Shown: piece by piece, positions 62,076 to 64,000 of the stretch
Layout of the letters: the number at the start of each line of letters is the position of its first letter
Numbering within the stretch: the stretch's first letter is position 1
NCBI GenBank assembly: GCA_029261155.1
Contig: JAJDBW010000077.1
Location: forward strand, 2,365 to 66,364
Direction of reading: 5' to 3'
DNA: 64,000 bases
Source of the DNA: Nitrospirota bacterium
GTDB lineage: Bacteria; Nitrospirota; Nitrospiria; SBBL01; JAADHI01
Translations under genes and position numbers: made by a program
Notes under the pieces: model-generated
The model's input: the letters and a program-made list of their open reading frames with translations, nothing else
Database searches by the model: none
Told to the model about the DNA's origin: nothing

Positions 62076-64000
62076 TTAATGAATGTGGGGATGCACTTCC
62101 ACTGCCGGGACATAGATGTTTTGAAAACCACGCTTTCTTGCCGTTTCGTCGACCTTATATCGGATTTCTTCGAGCTGGTCTTTCGTGATTTTTAAAAAGG
62201 CTTCGACAATTTTGGGGTCGAATTGCGTTCCGGAAAATCGGACGATTTCATCCATGGCCTTTTCGTAAGGCGCCCCTTTGCGATAAGGCCGGTTCGAGGT
62301 AATGGCATCGAAGGTATCGACAATCGTAAAGATTCTCGAATAGATGATGATTTCATCTCCCGAAAGCTCACCGGGATATCCGGATCCATCGAATTTCTCG
62401 TGGTGATGCAATAATATTTGGGCGACCGATTCAGGGAAATTGACGTTTTTTAACATTCGATAACCATATTCCGGATGCTTTTTAATCACCTCCATTTCAG
62501 CCGTGTCTAGTTTTCCTGGTTTTCTTAGAATCGCATCCGGCACGCCGATCTTCCCGATGTCATGTAACAGAGCGCCCTGTCGCAGCTCTTCAAGCATTTG
62601 GGTATTGAGTCCCAGGGTTTTACCGACTTCTGTCGCATAGGATGCCACGCGTTGCGAGTGCCCCTCGGTTTCGTTATCGCGAAGTTCTAGAGCGCTTGAG
62701 AAGGCCTCGATACTGCTGTTTAAGAGTTGACTCACTTCTTTGATCAGGTCGAGGTTTTCGATATTCATCGCCAGCTGGTTGCTTACGGTATAGAGCAACT
62801 TGACCGATTCATCGTCGAAGGGATCCTTTTTAAAGCTATGGAGATGCAGGGTGCCGAGTTGTTTTTCATGCGTGATCAGGGGGACGAAGAGGCTTGACCG
62901 AATTTTTTCCCTACTGGGGTTCTCCGATTTAAAGATGTGACCCAGGTTCGAAACAATGACCGATTCCTTGGACTGGAGGACTTTATCGATCCATTGTTGG
63001 CATGTCGTGGTGGGTGTGGGGCTGTCCTTGTCTTGGTGGCCTTCGGTTTTGACGATCCGTCTGGCAAAGGCTAAATTTTGAGGGCGATGAATCTCAAGAA
63101 CCATGCTGTGGATGGACAACATGCCCTTGAGCATCTCAAAAATAAAACTCAAGGAGTGTTCCAATGGCTGTTCTTTTAAGGAAAGCGTTCCCATCGAGTG
63201 GAGCGTCGAAAGGCGTAAGGTTTTAATCTGAACGGATCGGCTGCTCAAGAGGTTCATCGAATACGAAGCCCAAAGATAGTGGACCATAAGGGCGCTGAAA
63301 ACAGGGATAAGGTCTACGATCATTCTGCCGTATACAAAAAAAGCCAAAGATCCAATGGCGTAAAGTGTCGTAATCGTAAAAGCGAGGACAGAAAATAGAA
63401 TGAAGGGGGAGGGGCCTTTTGTGCCCTCTTTTTTAAGAGATGTTGTCAGGGAAGCTTCCATGATGAAGGCACCGCACAAAACCAGTATTAAAGTCATCCA
63501 GAGGGGTTGACGGTTGTACATTTCTCCCGAAAGCAAGGTCTGAAGATTATTGGCTTGAATTTCCAGCCCCGGCGTTAGACCGAAGGGGCCAGACCAAATG
63601 TCACGGAGTTCCATGGCCGTGGCGCCAATCAGAACGATTATGTCCTTAAAGCGTTTGGGATCGACGCGTCGTTCCAAGACATCTGCGAAAGAAACTGTTG
63701 GGAAGCTTTGATCCGGCAGGATAAAATTGATGTAGTAGCTGCCATCCGCTTCGGGCTGAAAGACCCTGTCTCCGAAGTGGATCGCTTCACCTCTCTTGGT
63801 CAGGAGCGGTTCTTTGGGCAACGTTAGGGCTTGTCGTGCCACTTCTGCGGCAAGACTTAAATGGGCTTCTCCCTGGAGCATATCAATCCATTGCGCCCGT
63901 CGGATGGTTCCGTCCGAATCGACAGGGAAAAGGATGCTGCCCAACCCTGCTGCGGCGGATCGCAATGCCGGAAAAGGAAGGCTGGCGGAATTCAGGAGTA
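62076..64000 (-). CDS. CHASE2 sensor - TM - GAF-like - HD-GYP phosphodiesterase; N-terminus outside the window
   Basis: The track ORF is trimmed to the first Met at 63965, but the CHASE2-like region (DGTIRR...VLIGATAMELRDIWSGPFGLTPGLEIQANNLQTLLSG) clearly continues upstream. Three TM helices follow. HD-GYP motifs are HSQRVASYA, LHDIGKIGVPD and HHEKFDGSGYPGEL. Confidence 0.8.
   Translation of the reverse strand, partial: LLNSASLPFPALRSAAAGLGSILFPVDSDGTIRRAQWIDMLQGEAHLSLAAEVARQALTLPKEPLLTKRGEAIHFGDRVFQPEADGSYYINFILPDQSFPTVSFADVLERRVDPKRFKDIIVLIGATAMELRDIWSGPFGLTPGLEIQANNLQTLLSGEMYNRQPLWMTLILVLCGAFIMEASLTTSLKKEGTKGPSPFILFSVLAFTITTLYAIGSLAFFVYGRMIVDLIPVFSALMVHYLWASYSMNLLSSRSVQIKTLRLSTLHSMGTLSLKEQPLEHSLSFIFEMLKGMLSIHSMVLEIHRPQNLAFARRIVKTEGHQDKDSPTPTTTCQQWIDKVLQSKESVIVSNLGHIFKSENPSREKIRSSLFVPLITHEKQLGTLHLHSFKKDPFDDESVKLLYTVSNQLAMNIENLDLIKEVSQLLNSSIEAFSSALELRDNETEGHSQRVASYATEVGKTLGLNTQMLEELRQGALLHDIGKIGVPDAILRKPGKLDTAEMEVIKKHPEYGYRMLKNVNFPESVAQILLHHHEKFDGSGYPGELSGDEIIIYSRIFTIVDTFDAITSNRPYRKGAPYEKAMDEIVRFSGTQFDPKIVEAFLKITKDQLEEIRYKVDETARKRGFQNIYVPAVEVHPHIH

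Overview
64-kb chromosomal window from a diderm bacterium. The lineage cannot be fixed from sequence alone. GC is moderate and visibly heterogeneous, and there are many sigma-54 and c-di-GMP signalling genes. I support about 58 protein genes, one intact IS element and several regulatory or repeat features. I saw no rRNA, tRNA or CRISPR array. Layout: (i) 1-21704 is one long, tightly packed minus-strand operon of 17 genes for glycan synthesis and modification. It holds a MsbA-type ABC exporter, three GT4 enzymes, three paralogs of a MurG-like GT family (one fused to a deacetylase-like domain), a further GT-B-like protein, a stand-alone deacetylase-like protein, two heparinase II/III-like paralogs without signal peptides, three paralogous APH-fold kinases and a nucleotidyltransferase-kinase fusion. 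The kinase block is the most unusual content of the window. (ii) 21853-29392 holds a sensor kinase and an NtrC-type activator, followed by a palindromic upstream site, a good -24/-12 sigma-54 promoter, and an operon of a HicB-fold membrane protein, an uncharacterised protein and two repeat-built lipoproteins. (iii) 29711-31035 is an intact IS4-family element with 18-bp inverted repeats and a 9-bp target duplication. (iv) 31.3-39 kb is mixed housekeeping: TlpA-like redoxin, RNase D-like, ChaN-PDZ, methyltransferase, CrcB, MgtC, YnfA, SlyD and a GAF-GGDEF protein. (v) 39.8-42.9 kb is an accessory islet with an orphan membrane protein, a protein with a possible HEPN-like motif, a DUF2442 pair and a BrnT toxin module. 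(vi) 43-47.6 kb carries a Xi-class GST, a TraR/DksA zinc finger, aspS, OsmC and cysQ. (vii) 47.6-51.4 kb carries the Wzz/Wza polysaccharide export pair. (viii) 51.5-58 kb carries Usp, an aldolase/SDR fusion, a HEAT-like protein, hisIE, HIT and DUF1841. (ix) 58.2-64 kb is a signalling cluster: a beta-barrel OMP, two FecR-like paralogs with 11-residue repeat tails, and a CHASE2-GAF-HD-GYP sensor that runs off the window. All family names come from motif recognition by eye. No searches were run.
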